A stretch of DNA of 64,000 nt from a virus, in the IMG/VR virus record IMGVR_UViG_3300025759_000058. One strand, 5' to 3'. Positions 10,058 to 19,621 of this stretch are shown piece after piece. Position 1 is the first letter of the stretch, and each line of letters starts with the position of its first letter. The position numbers and the translations under genes were made by a program. The notes beneath the pieces were generated by a model. The model had not been told where the DNA came from. It worked only from the letters and a program-made list of their open reading frames with translations, and did no database searches.

Positions 10058-12445
10058 ATGGCGCAAACAATCAAGATTCGAAGAACCAATACGCCTGGTA
10101 AAAAACCTATATTTAATACAGATATAGTAACAGGCGAATTTGGATTTAATACAGCCGATGGTTTATTATTTATAGGCGATAGTTCGCAAACACGTACGGT
10201 AATAACTGCTGACAACTGGGTTACTGGCTCATTATCTTTAAAAGATCAAATCAATAATAGAATTCATGCTTTAGACAACGGCCGTTTGGTATTAGGTACG
10301 CCGACTGATGAAACTCCGGCTATAGGATATGTAAATTCACCATCACGAAGAATTATAATATCTGATGATTTTACCCCTACATATGTAGTAGGTTCAATGA
10401 CGGCCAGTAAGGGTGCATACATAACTGGTAGTGATTTAGTATTATATGATGCAGATTTAGTAGCAACAAAGAATGATGCGTATGCTGTTAATTTCTATGG
10501 TACCGCATCATATGTTCATACATCATCTAGACTGCAAGTTGATGGTGACTCTGAATATCATTTAGGTACTGATAAATTATTACGTCTTGTTAGTGGCGAT
10601 AATGTGACATTGGGATATGCGCAAAATGCCGGACCTGGGGTTACAGTAACAATTAATGCATCCGGCGGCGACTTAACTGATTTAAATAACTTTACTGGCT
10701 CAATAAATGATGCTACTAGCTCATTCTTATTAAATACAACGGATACATTTACTGGTACATTGACAGTAAATGGGACAATGGATGTAAATACAGGGTACTA
10801 TGAGTCGAATGGCTCACCAATCATGTATTTTGATACATCCGGTACCGGCGTTGCAAACATAGGTGTTACCGCCCGGACATTTAAAGCTGTGGGTAATAAA
10901 GTAGTAATGGATCAGCCTATTACAGCTAGCGGTATATCAGAATTTAATGCAGCCGAAGTTGGTTTAGGAATGGGTATTGTTATAAAGCGAGATGACAACG
11001 GGGCATTGCATACTGCGCCTGTAGCCACTCCTACAAACATTTTTTATGCTGCGGATGAAACTGGCGCACCAACGGGGTCTGATAGATTTATCTTAAGAGA
11101 AGATCAGCAACTTGCACAGTTTGGTAAAGCTACACCAATTGGTGTAGCAACCACGACATTTGGTAATAATTTAAATACAAATCCTTCGCGAATATCATCC
11201 GGCAGCCATATCATGCAAGATGGTCAGCCATTAGTAACAAATGCTATATATAGATTTGGTCGATTCCATTTAGTAGGTATAGGCCGAGCCGGCGCCGGCG
11301 GACTCGGCGCTGGAGGTCTAGTACCACCGGTATTAGAAGAAATTCCAGGGTATGGTCCGACCGGTTGGTACCAACAAATTCTTCCAAATCCATCTAATAT
11401 AACAGGTTACAGTACGATTGCAAATGGCGGCCTAGGATTTGGTAATGCGTATATTGATGTTACCCCAAATAACATAAGTGATTACGGCATACCGCAAGGC
11501 AGTACTATTATGGTAACTCAATATGGACTTACTTTACCAGGCTCGCCTGCAATATTAACGGGTGGCGGATCTATTAGATTTTTCGCTAGCGAATCATATG
11601 CAACTAACGAATCTGGTTCATTTGCATCGCCATTCTCTAGTGCTAGTATTGAGTTCGCCATGGCACCGGATAGTAGTAGCTTACTTATACGTACCGGAAA
11701 AGGCGCCAGCGTAGTCGATGCATTATACATATCTCAATCCGGGCGACGTCCATTAATTGGTATAGGTACGCAAGATCCAAAATCTGCGTTAGATATTAGA
11801 GATGTAAAAGATGATGGTACCGGTACTGAATTTGTATTAAAAACGACAAGATCTGGCGCCGGCGCATCTATAGGTGACAAAGCAGGAACATTGAACTTCA
11901 CGGTTGAAAGTGGTAGCTTTAATGATTATAAAACATCAGGATCAGTTGCAGTAATAGATGCCGAGGTTACTGGAGTAAGTGAATTGGGTGTTCAAGGTGA
12001 TTTAGTACTAAAAACAGCGAGTACCACCAAATCAGCGCCTAAGGAAGTGTTACGAATTAATTCATTTAACTCATACTTTTCTAGTAGTCTTAAAGTATTA
12101 CAAAACCTAACAATAGGTCAGAATACAGTACTAATGACTAATATAGAAGTTACTGTATCAGGCGATTCTGAACAAAATTTAACGACTTTTGCATCAAATA
12201 ATAATGATGGTGCTATATATGATTATGTATTAGTAGATTCTAGTAACGGGTATGCTCGTACAGGCCAATTCATGGTATGTCATAATGGCACAACAGTTTC
12301 ATATACAGATACATCGACTAGGCCGGTCGGCGGTGATACATCAGATCCTGTATTAACAGCACTAGACCCGGCCCTCGGTATTGTCGCTGTACGTATTACA
12401 AATGGCGACGGTTATACGTTTAAATCTTTAAGGAAATTAATATAA
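10058..12445 (+). CDS. Fibre protein with Mtd_N/hyaluronidase-like N-terminal anchor
   Basis: IKIRRT...GEFGFNTADGLLFIGD; IGIGTQDP beta motif. Confidence 0.65.
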   Translation: MAQTIKIRRTNTPGKKPIFNTDIVTGEFGFNTADGLLFIGDSSQTRTVITADNWVTGSLSLKDQINNRIHALDNGRLVLGTPTDETPAIGYVNSPSRRIIISDDFTPTYVVGSMTASKGAYITGSDLVLYDADLVATKNDAYAVNFYGTASYVHTSSRLQVDGDSEYHLGTDKLLRLVSGDNVTLGYAQNAGPGVTVTINASGGDLTDLNNFTGSINDATSSFLLNTTDTFTGTLTVNGTMDVNTGYYESNGSPIMYFDTSGTGVANIGVTARTFKAVGNKVVMDQPITASGISEFNAAEVGLGMGIVIKRDDNGALHTAPVATPTNIFYAADETGAPTGSDRFILREDQQLAQFGKATPIGVATTTFGNNLNTNPSRISSGSHIMQDGQPLVTNAIYRFGRFHLVGIGRAGAGGLGAGGLVPPVLEEIPGYGPTGWYQQILPNPSNITGYSTIANGGLGFGNAYIDVTPNNISDYGIPQGSTIMVTQYGLTLPGSPAILTGGGSIRFFASESYATNESGSFASPFSSASIEFAMAPDSSSLLIRTGKGASVVDALYISQSGRRPLIGIGTQDPKSALDIRDVKDDGTGTEFVLKTTRSGAGASIGDKAGTLNFTVESGSFNDYKTSGSVAVIDAEVTGVSELGVQGDLVLKTASTTKSAPKEVLRINSFNSYFSSSLKVLQNLTIGQNTVLMTNIEVTVSGDSEQNLTTFASNNNDGAIYDYVLVDSSNGYARTGQFMVCHNGTTVSYTDTSTRPVGGDTSDPVLTALDPALGIVAVRITNGDGYTFKSLRKLI

Positions 12446-12708
12446 TGCATTCAGATTTTGATCATAGACATTACGTAATATTCGATACTAGCGAAACAGG
12501 CAGTATTGATTTTACTCAAGTATTAGAAACTTCAATTGAAACACTTAGATTAAGCTTAAATGGTTCTCAGACATTTGTAAAATACAATGGAGACACAATG
12601 CCTTCATCAGTATCAAGTTTAACAACTAAGGAAGGTCCATATTCACACGATGAAATATTAAACATATTAACAGGCAGTGAGTGGGCTGATCCAAATGCTG
12701 AAATATAA
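12445..12708 (+). CDS. Small fibre-associated protein (possible chaperone for LamG tips)
   Basis: 87 aa, TAATG-coupled on both sides, directly before the LamG genes. Confidence 0.5.
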   Translation: MHSDFDHRHYVIFDTSETGSIDFTQVLETSIETLRLSLNGSQTFVKYNGDTMPSSVSSLTTKEGPYSHDEILNILTGSEWADPNAEI

Positions 12709-14195
12709 TGGGTGGATTTACAGGAGCACCTCCTATAGCAACAACAGGACTAGTATTTGCGGTAGATGCCGCAAATAAAAAATCTCACCCTAGATCTGGA
12801 ACTACGTGGACTGATCTTGTAAAATCTAGAGCTGGTTCTAAATCAGGCACTTATTCTTTTGAAAAGGGCAACTCTAGAAAAGTTCGTTTTACTGATGGTT
12901 ATACTAGTTTTTCTGATAACGCCGATTATGATATAACATCAGACTTTACTCTTAATGTATGGTTTAAATCAACAGGAACACATGGTGATAACACAGGTAT
13001 TTTTTGTAAAGATGAAACAGCTTTTGGAAATTGGGGGTTATTTGGTGATGGCAATGGTTATTATGTAAGATTTGGCTTTTCAAATACCTCTTCAGGAAAT
13101 TTTGAAATAAACTATGATGCATCATATGATTTATTAAACACAGATGACTGGTTTAATTACCAGGGAGTTTATAACCAATCAGAAACTCGACTTACATTAT
13201 ATAGAAATGGAGTTAAAGTATCTGAAGATACAAATATAACAGGTACTCCTCCTACTAATAATAACCCTGTAAAAATTGGTAACAGAAATGTTGTAGATGC
13301 ACCATTTGTAGGCGATATAGCGATATGCCAGTTATATAACACAGCATTAACAGAAAAACAGGTAAAACAAAATTACGAAAATCTTAAACGTAGATTTATA
13401 AGACCTCAAGTTCCTGTTGTAGCAGCCGCTGGCTCACCTGCGCCTTCATATTCTGTTCCCTCTGGATATACATTATTCTTAGATATAAATGATAGTGATA
13501 GCTATGGTGGAACAGGAACTGTTATATCAGATTTAAGCGTTAGTGGTAATGACCTTACATTAGTTAATAGCCCAACATACACAGCAACTACACCTAAACA
13601 TTTTAGTTTTGACGGTTCAAATGATTATGGCTGGTTAGCTAACTTAAATTATGGTAATTCTAATACTATAAGCGAAATGTCTATATTTGCATGGGCTCGT
13701 ACTTCATATGATGCTGGCAGTTTAAATGGTTTTTCAAATACGCAATGGGCATTTTTAGATTTTGATAGATCCGAAGTATTTAATTTTTACTTTAATGGAA
13801 AAGGACAAGTATCATTTAGTGGTAGAGCTAGTAATTATGGTGGTATAGGGTCAACTTATTTTGATATTATAGGAGCGGCACAAAATAATGATAATGTGTG
13901 GCATTTAGTGGGTCTCACATATTCTGTAACAGATCAAGAAATAGTTATGTACGTTGATGGCGCAGTAGACGAAACATTTACCGCAAACGGTAGTTTAACT
14001 GCTTTAGGAGGAGGAGGTGCTACTCGTTACGGTATTGTAGCAGATGGATCTGAAGCTACATCAGAAAATGGAAGTAGAAATAATGTCTATTACCAAGGTG
14101 ATATAGCGTCAATTTTATTCTACGAAAATACAGTACTCACAGCACAACAAGTTACAGATCTGTGGAACGGACAAAAATCAACATTTGGATATTAA
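12708..14195 (+). CDS. Tandem LamG/concanavalin A-like lectin domain protein
   Basis: GLVFAVDAAN..S...SGTTWTDL and GDIA...YN.ALT...V.QNY; second domain LDINDSDSYGGTG...FDGSND...WHLVGLTY. Confidence 0.8.
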   Translation: MGGFTGAPPIATTGLVFAVDAANKKSHPRSGTTWTDLVKSRAGSKSGTYSFEKGNSRKVRFTDGYTSFSDNADYDITSDFTLNVWFKSTGTHGDNTGIFCKDETAFGNWGLFGDGNGYYVRFGFSNTSSGNFEINYDASYDLLNTDDWFNYQGVYNQSETRLTLYRNGVKVSEDTNITGTPPTNNNPVKIGNRNVVDAPFVGDIAICQLYNTALTEKQVKQNYENLKRRFIRPQVPVVAAAGSPAPSYSVPSGYTLFLDINDSDSYGGTGTVISDLSVSGNDLTLVNSPTYTATTPKHFSFDGSNDYGWLANLNYGNSNTISEMSIFAWARTSYDAGSLNGFSNTQWAFLDFDRSEVFNFYFNGKGQVSFSGRASNYGGIGSTYFDIIGAAQNNDNVWHLVGLTYSVTDQEIVMYVDGAVDETFTANGSLTALGGGGATRYGIVADGSEATSENGSRNNVYYQGDIASILFYENTVLTAQQVTDLWNGQKSTFGY

Positions 14196-14198
14196 AAA

Positions 14199-14906
14199 AT
14201 GGCATTCTTATATTCACCTAAAATAGTAACAGAAGGTTTAGTTTTAGCAATTGATGCTGCTAATAAAAAATCCTACCCTGGCAGTGGAACTGGATTTAAT
14301 AATTTAGTAGATTCTTCAAATAATTTTACTATTAATGATGCCCCTACCTTTAATACATCACCTGATAGGTTTACTTTTTCTTCCAATCAAATAACCCAAT
14401 ATTTTGAAAAATCATCATATAGTTTTCCGGTAAATGATTATTCTATTTCAATATGGATAAAATTTACATCAACGTCATTTAATGGTGCTACTGTTAGTTA
14501 TGCTGTTGATTCAAGCAGTACAGGGAATAATGAATCTTTAATGTATTTTTCATCGGGGGATTTAAGATTTTACGGACCCAATGGTGGTAATGTTTCTACT
14601 AGTTGGACTATACCTAATACTACTTCTTGGTTTAATTTAGTAAGAGTAAGAACCAAAACCAGTGGTAACGAAAAACTTTATGTAAACGGAGTACAAGAAT
14701 ATTCAGGAACTTTGGATGCTAATATATCTAATGGAACACCAGGTACCCTTATCTTTGGACAAGAACAAGATTCAGTTGGTGGTGGATTCGATCCCAACCA
14801 ATGTTTTTATGGTGATTTTGCAGCAATGAAATTATATAATAGAATATTATCACTTTCTGAAGTCACCCAAAACTACAACGCACTCAAATCACGCTTCGGC
14901 CTATAA
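14199..14906 (+). CDS. LamG-like lectin domain protein
   Basis: IVTEGLVLAIDAANKKSYPGSG...LYVNG...YNRILSLSEVTQNYNALKSRFGL. Confidence 0.8.
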   Translation: MAFLYSPKIVTEGLVLAIDAANKKSYPGSGTGFNNLVDSSNNFTINDAPTFNTSPDRFTFSSNQITQYFEKSSYSFPVNDYSISIWIKFTSTSFNGATVSYAVDSSSTGNNESLMYFSSGDLRFYGPNGGNVSTSWTIPNTTSWFNLVRVRTKTSGNEKLYVNGVQEYSGTLDANISNGTPGTLIFGQEQDSVGGGFDPNQCFYGDFAAMKLYNRILSLSEVTQNYNALKSRFGL

Positions 14907-14923
14907 CAAGAAAAAAATTAACT

Positions 14924-15616
14924 ATGGGAACATTCGGAGGAGCACAACCAATCGTAACAGACGGACTAGTATTTGCCGTTGACGCGGCAAATTATGAATC
15001 GTATACCAGTGGTAGTACTACATGGAGTGATTTAGCAGGCAGTAATAATGGTACTCTAATAAATGGACCTACATTTGATTCGGGAAATGGTGGTAGTATT
15101 GTTTTTGATGGGACGAATGCTTATATCCAGAATGGTTACTTAGATAATGGAGGGGGTTCTGGCACGGCACAATCGTATAACATTTGGTTTAAGGCTGATA
15201 CTTTAAACGTTTCAGGCACCTCACAAGGTTTATTATTTTGGGATGTTTATAATGGGATAAGAATTCTCCATAATTCTGGAGAAATTGGTATTCAAACAGA
15301 TGGGGATAATTCTGATGGGGATTTTTCCCCAACCCCTACCGCTACTACAAATACGTGGCATAATGTAGCTTTTAATTTTAACCAAGGAGTTAGTTATGAG
15401 TGTTGGTTTGATGGAGTTTCTTTTGGTTCAGCAGCTACAAGTGATACTAGTGGTGCCCCCTCCACAAATCTTTTAATAGGAGCTAAAAATCATAATGGAA
15501 TTACTCAAGACTTTTTTAATGGTAATATAGCTATAGTACAAGCATACAACCGCGCCCTCTCCTCCACAGAAATCACCCAAAACTACAACGCACTTAAAGG
15601 AAGATTCGGTTTGTAA
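14924..15616 (+). CDS. LamG-like lectin domain protein
   Basis: IVTDGLVFAVDAAN...NGTLINGPTF...FDG...WHNV...YNRALSSTEITQNYNALKGRFGL. Confidence 0.8.
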   Translation: MGTFGGAQPIVTDGLVFAVDAANYESYTSGSTTWSDLAGSNNGTLINGPTFDSGNGGSIVFDGTNAYIQNGYLDNGGGSGTAQSYNIWFKADTLNVSGTSQGLLFWDVYNGIRILHNSGEIGIQTDGDNSDGDFSPTPTATTNTWHNVAFNFNQGVSYECWFDGVSFGSAATSDTSGAPSTNLLIGAKNHNGITQDFFNGNIAIVQAYNRALSSTEITQNYNALKGRFGL

Positions 15617-15656
15617 TATTTATATATGAACCTTTGGAAAGTGAAAAAGGCATTTA

Positions 15657-18600
15657 ATGGCAAACGAATTTATAGCAAGGAAAGGGCTAATAGCCTTACA
15701 AGACTCCCAAATAACTGGAAGTTTAGGAGTTACAGGAAATATAACAGTTACTGGAACTGTAGATGGTGTAGATGTAGCAACTTTAAAAAGCGACTTTGAC
15801 ACATTAGAAGGTAAAACATTAGTTTCAGGTTCTTCCCAAATCACTATAGGATCCACCACAGGAACAATCACTTCAGCTAAAATATCTGATGTAGATGCTT
15901 TCTCACAAAGTGGAACATACGCAAGCTTAAGAGCCCAAGGTACCACAAAAGGAGATGTTGGTTTAGGAAACGTAGAAAACACAGCATTATCTACTTATAC
16001 AGGTAATGGAGGTGCTTTAGACAACCAATATATTACTAATGGTGCTGGTTATACTACAAACACCGGTACAGTAACTTCAGTAGGAGGCACAGGAACAGTA
16101 GATGGACTTACTTTATCAGGTACTGTAACAAGCACAGGTAACCTTACTTTAGGTGGTGCTATTTCTATCACAACATCCTCAATTACAAACTTCCCAACCG
16201 AAGTATCCCGCTCAGCAGCAGCCGCTGGATTTGGATCTGGTGGGGGTGGTGGATCTGATTTTCCTTATACAGGAAGTGCAATTATTTCTGGTAGTTTAGA
16301 AATAATAGGTAAAATAACAGGTTCAGTATTAATTGAAGGTTCTGGTTCAACACTATTTGAAATAGTAGGTTCAGAAGGCCAATTATTCTCAGTTACAGAT
16401 AATCTTTCGGGTTCACTTTTTGCAGTTAGCGATGTTTCTGGTTTACCAATTCTAGAAGTTTTCTCAGATGATACTGTCAAAATTGGAACATTTAATAACG
16501 AAGCTATAATTGTTAATGGTTCAACAGCTATTGTTAGTGGTTCATTTAGTGGAAGTTTTGAAGGTGATGGTAGTGGATTAACAGGTGTAGGTAGCGTAGA
16601 TACGACAGGTACCCCTGCTAATGACCAAATAGCAATATTTACAGACTCAAATACAATTGAAGGCGATTCAAATCTTACGTGGGATGGTTCCATATTTACT
16701 ATTAACGGAACAGGTTCTATTGATTTACTCCAAGTAGATGATAAATTACAAGGTAATGGTTCAGGTTTCCAATTCTTTGCATTTAATGAAGACACAGTAA
16801 AAGTTAAATTCGCTAACTGGTACTCATCCAACGATAGACAATATGGGATGGGTCAGCTTTGGTTCGAAACTTGGTTTGCCGCAATTGACAACCAGGTAAG
16901 TAGAGATGCTAGAAGAATAGGATTTTATCTTGAAGAACCAGATGCTGGATCTACTGATTCAGGTACCCCAGGCCAACACCCAACAAATGCTCGTTTTTAT
17001 GTAGATATAACAGGTTCGTATGTTGCTAGTGGGGGTTTACACGTAACTGATGCTGACTTTAATGTTGAGTCAAATGGTAACGTTGAAGTAAACGGTAGTT
17101 TAACTGTAAAAAATTCATCTACTGGGTTTTTATTAAAAGATAGTTCAGGAACCTCTACATATGTTAACTTTTCTCCTCAAGGTGGTTTATACATAAACCC
17201 AGGTGGTGCTGGAAATAGCATAAGCGCTAGTAGTGATATTACAACTCATGGGGATATAATAGGCGAAAGTACTCATATTAAACTTATTGGACCTGATGGA
17301 GGTGGTGGATCCTTTACATACCTAAGTAGTAGTGGCGACCCTGCCGCCGGCGGTTTTAAATTATCGTTAGGAGATATAGACGGAATAGGTAACACTACAA
17401 CTATTACAATTAATGATAATACCGAACAAATTTTATTAAGTAAAGCATTAAGCGTAACTGGCAACATAACAGTTACTGGAACTGTAGATGGTGTAGATAT
17501 AGCTTCATTGGAAAGCAGTGTACAAGCTAATGATGCTAAAATCGTTAGCTTAACTGCTGCAACAAGTTCTTATTTAACTTCATCACCATTTACGGCAGCA
17601 GGAATTTCAGGATCATTCAACTCAGTAAGCGCTTCATTAGCTGCTAATATTCCTACTAATAACAACCAATTAATTAATGGTGCTGGTTATACTACAAATA
17701 CAGGCACAGTTGATACTTCAGGCACCCCAGTAGCTAATGATTTTGCTAAATTCACAGATGCTAATACAATTGAAGGCAGAAGCTACTCAGAGGTAAAAAC
17801 CGATTTATCATTAAACAACGTAGAAAACACAGCCTTATCTACTTACACAGGCAACGGTGGTGCTTTAGACAACCAGTATATTACTAACGGCGCAGGTTAT
17901 ACCACAAACACAGGTACTGTAACATCTGTAGGAGGTACAGGTACAGTAAGCGGACTTTCATTATCAGGCACTGTAACAAGTACAGGTAATCTTACTTTAG
18001 GGGGTACAATATCAATTTCTTCAACCAATATTACAGATGTAGATGCTTTCTCACAAACAGGTACTTATGCCTCGCTAAGAGCTCAAGGCACAACTGCTGC
18101 AGATGTAGGGTTAGGAAACGTAACTAACGAGTCAAAAGCTACTATGTTTACGTCTCCAACATTTACAGGTACAGTAGCAATTCCAGGATTTGCAGATGTT
18201 TCAGCTTCATTAGCAGCAGCAGTTGCAGGTGGTGACAATTTAGGTAACCATACTGCTACGCAAGACTTGAATATATCTAATAATGCTATCATTAACGTGG
18301 CTAGTATAACTGGTAGTGATTCTGCGGCTATTGAAATAACATCATATCCAATTGGTTATGAACAGCTCGCATCATTTCCAATAACAGGATCTGGATTAGT
18401 TATACGAGAGACTGGTCTGCCGGCGAACAACTATCCTATGTTAAAAATCGGCGATGTTGAAATGGTCGATATTAATTCAGTAGTTAGCCCGAATGTCTTT
18501 TTAATACATAATGTTGATTCGTTTTTAGTAGCATCTGGAAGTGAGCCTGTTAATCTATTTGGCGACGGCCCAAATAAATTATTTGAACATACTGGCGATG

Positions 18601-19232
18601 ACTTTAAAATTTATACAAAAGGTATTGATGCGGCAAAAATGACAGTTACATCGGCATCCGTTTTGATTTCTGATGCAGATTTACAAGTAGCAGGAAGATT
18701 ATTCAATGTAGCTAGCGAAACTACGATTGAGTATATAGCTGGATATACAGCTGTTCCCAATCCATCTCCGACAAATGAGCTGTATGTACAATCTGTAAGC
18801 TCTGTAATTGCTAATACTAATCGTATATTCAATACAGGTTCATCAGCATTAGCTAGTGATGGTGGCGCATTAGGCGATGTAGTTAAATTCGGAGGTACTA
18901 CAACAACCGCCGGCGGATTATATTATTTAAATAGTAGTGGTGGATGGACTTTAGCTCAAGCCAATGCTGGAGGAACGTCGACAGGTTCATTAGCCGTTGC
19001 GTTAGGAACTAATTCAACAACGGATGGCATGTTATTGCGCGGCTTTGTTAATCCATTCGGTTTATCTGATGCAGGCATCGGAGCTCCAGTATATGTTGCT
19101 AGTGCATCTGCCGGCAGATTTAGCGGTTTACCGTCACAACAAACGGGAGAAATTGTTCGAGTGGTTGGCCATGCATATGGAACTGACTTAGTTTATTTTC
19201 ACCCATCTAATAACTGGATTGAAATTGCATAA
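15657..19232 (+). CDS. Long fibre protein with internal duplications
   Basis: 1191 aa, G/T/S rich; DVGLGNV repeats; C-terminal LAVALG..GMLLRG..GEIVRVVGH..YFHP domain. Confidence 0.75.
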   Translation: MANEFIARKGLIALQDSQITGSLGVTGNITVTGTVDGVDVATLKSDFDTLEGKTLVSGSSQITIGSTTGTITSAKISDVDAFSQSGTYASLRAQGTTKGDVGLGNVENTALSTYTGNGGALDNQYITNGAGYTTNTGTVTSVGGTGTVDGLTLSGTVTSTGNLTLGGAISITTSSITNFPTEVSRSAAAAGFGSGGGGGSDFPYTGSAIISGSLEIIGKITGSVLIEGSGSTLFEIVGSEGQLFSVTDNLSGSLFAVSDVSGLPILEVFSDDTVKIGTFNNEAIIVNGSTAIVSGSFSGSFEGDGSGLTGVGSVDTTGTPANDQIAIFTDSNTIEGDSNLTWDGSIFTINGTGSIDLLQVDDKLQGNGSGFQFFAFNEDTVKVKFANWYSSNDRQYGMGQLWFETWFAAIDNQVSRDARRIGFYLEEPDAGSTDSGTPGQHPTNARFYVDITGSYVASGGLHVTDADFNVESNGNVEVNGSLTVKNSSTGFLLKDSSGTSTYVNFSPQGGLYINPGGAGNSISASSDITTHGDIIGESTHIKLIGPDGGGGSFTYLSSSGDPAAGGFKLSLGDIDGIGNTTTITINDNTEQILLSKALSVTGNITVTGTVDGVDIASLESSVQANDAKIVSLTAATSSYLTSSPFTAAGISGSFNSVSASLAANIPTNNNQLINGAGYTTNTGTVDTSGTPVANDFAKFTDANTIEGRSYSEVKTDLSLNNVENTALSTYTGNGGALDNQYITNGAGYTTNTGTVTSVGGTGTVSGLSLSGTVTSTGNLTLGGTISISSTNITDVDAFSQTGTYASLRAQGTTAADVGLGNVTNESKATMFTSPTFTGTVAIPGFADVSASLAAAVAGGDNLGNHTATQDLNISNNAIINVASITGSDSAAIEITSYPIGYEQLASFPITGSGLVIRETGLPANNYPMLKIGDVEMVDINSVVSPNVFLIHNVDSFLVASGSEPVNLFGDGPNKLFEHTGDDFKIYTKGIDAAKMTVTSASVLISDADLQVAGRLFNVASETTIEYIAGYTAVPNPSPTNELYVQSVSSVIANTNRIFNTGSSALASDGGALGDVVKFGGTTTTAGGLYYLNSSGGWTLAQANAGGTSTGSLAVALGTNSTTDGMLLRGFVNPFGLSDAGIGAPVYVASASAGRFSGLPSQQTGEIVRVVGHAYGTDLVYFHPSNNWIEIA
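15888..18122 (+). repeat. Dispersed, order-permuted intragenic duplication
   Basis: Block A (DVDAFSQ.GTYASLRAQGTT..DVGLGNV) at about 15888 and 18036; block B (NVENTALSTYTGNGGALDNQYITNGAGYTTNTGTVTSVGG...LTLGG) at about 15969 and 17817. Confidence 0.85.
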
Positions 19233-19255
19233 TATGCTTAAATATATTTATAATC

Positions 19256-19621
19256 ATGACGCATCATAATTTAAATGACTTAATGTTAAGTCAAAGTTTA
19301 TTACAAGAACAAATATCAGAACTTCAACTTCAACAAGCAGAAGAAGAATATTTGAATTCCCCCATATACGTTTATAACCAATTAAAACCTCACCCAGATA
19401 CTATCCGAACCAACCCATATGATGATAGCACAGGTTTTAATTATCCTTTATACGATCATTATGTTAACCCAACATTAGATTTAGGGTATTGTCACGAATA
19501 TATTTATGAGCGTAGGTATACTAATGGAGTATTAACTCATTTTCAACAATTTGGGGTAGAAACTACAGGTAGTGCCCTACTTAAAACCCCTAACATAACA
19601 ACAATTAATATAAGAGAATAA
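19256..19621 (+). CDS. Hypothetical protein (N-terminal coiled coil)
   Basis: 121 aa ORF, ATATTTAT at 19244, TAATG-coupled to next gene. Confidence 0.55.
   Translation: MTHHNLNDLMLSQSLLQEQISELQLQQAEEEYLNSPIYVYNQLKPHPDTIRTNPYDDSTGFNYPLYDHYVNPTLDLGYCHEYIYERRYTNGVLTHFQQFGVETTGSALLKTPNITTINIRE

Noticed and set aside
15888-18122. Possible DGR template/variable repeat pair
   Set aside because: Differences are mostly synonymous and not adenine-specific; both copies are coding; no reverse transcriptase in window
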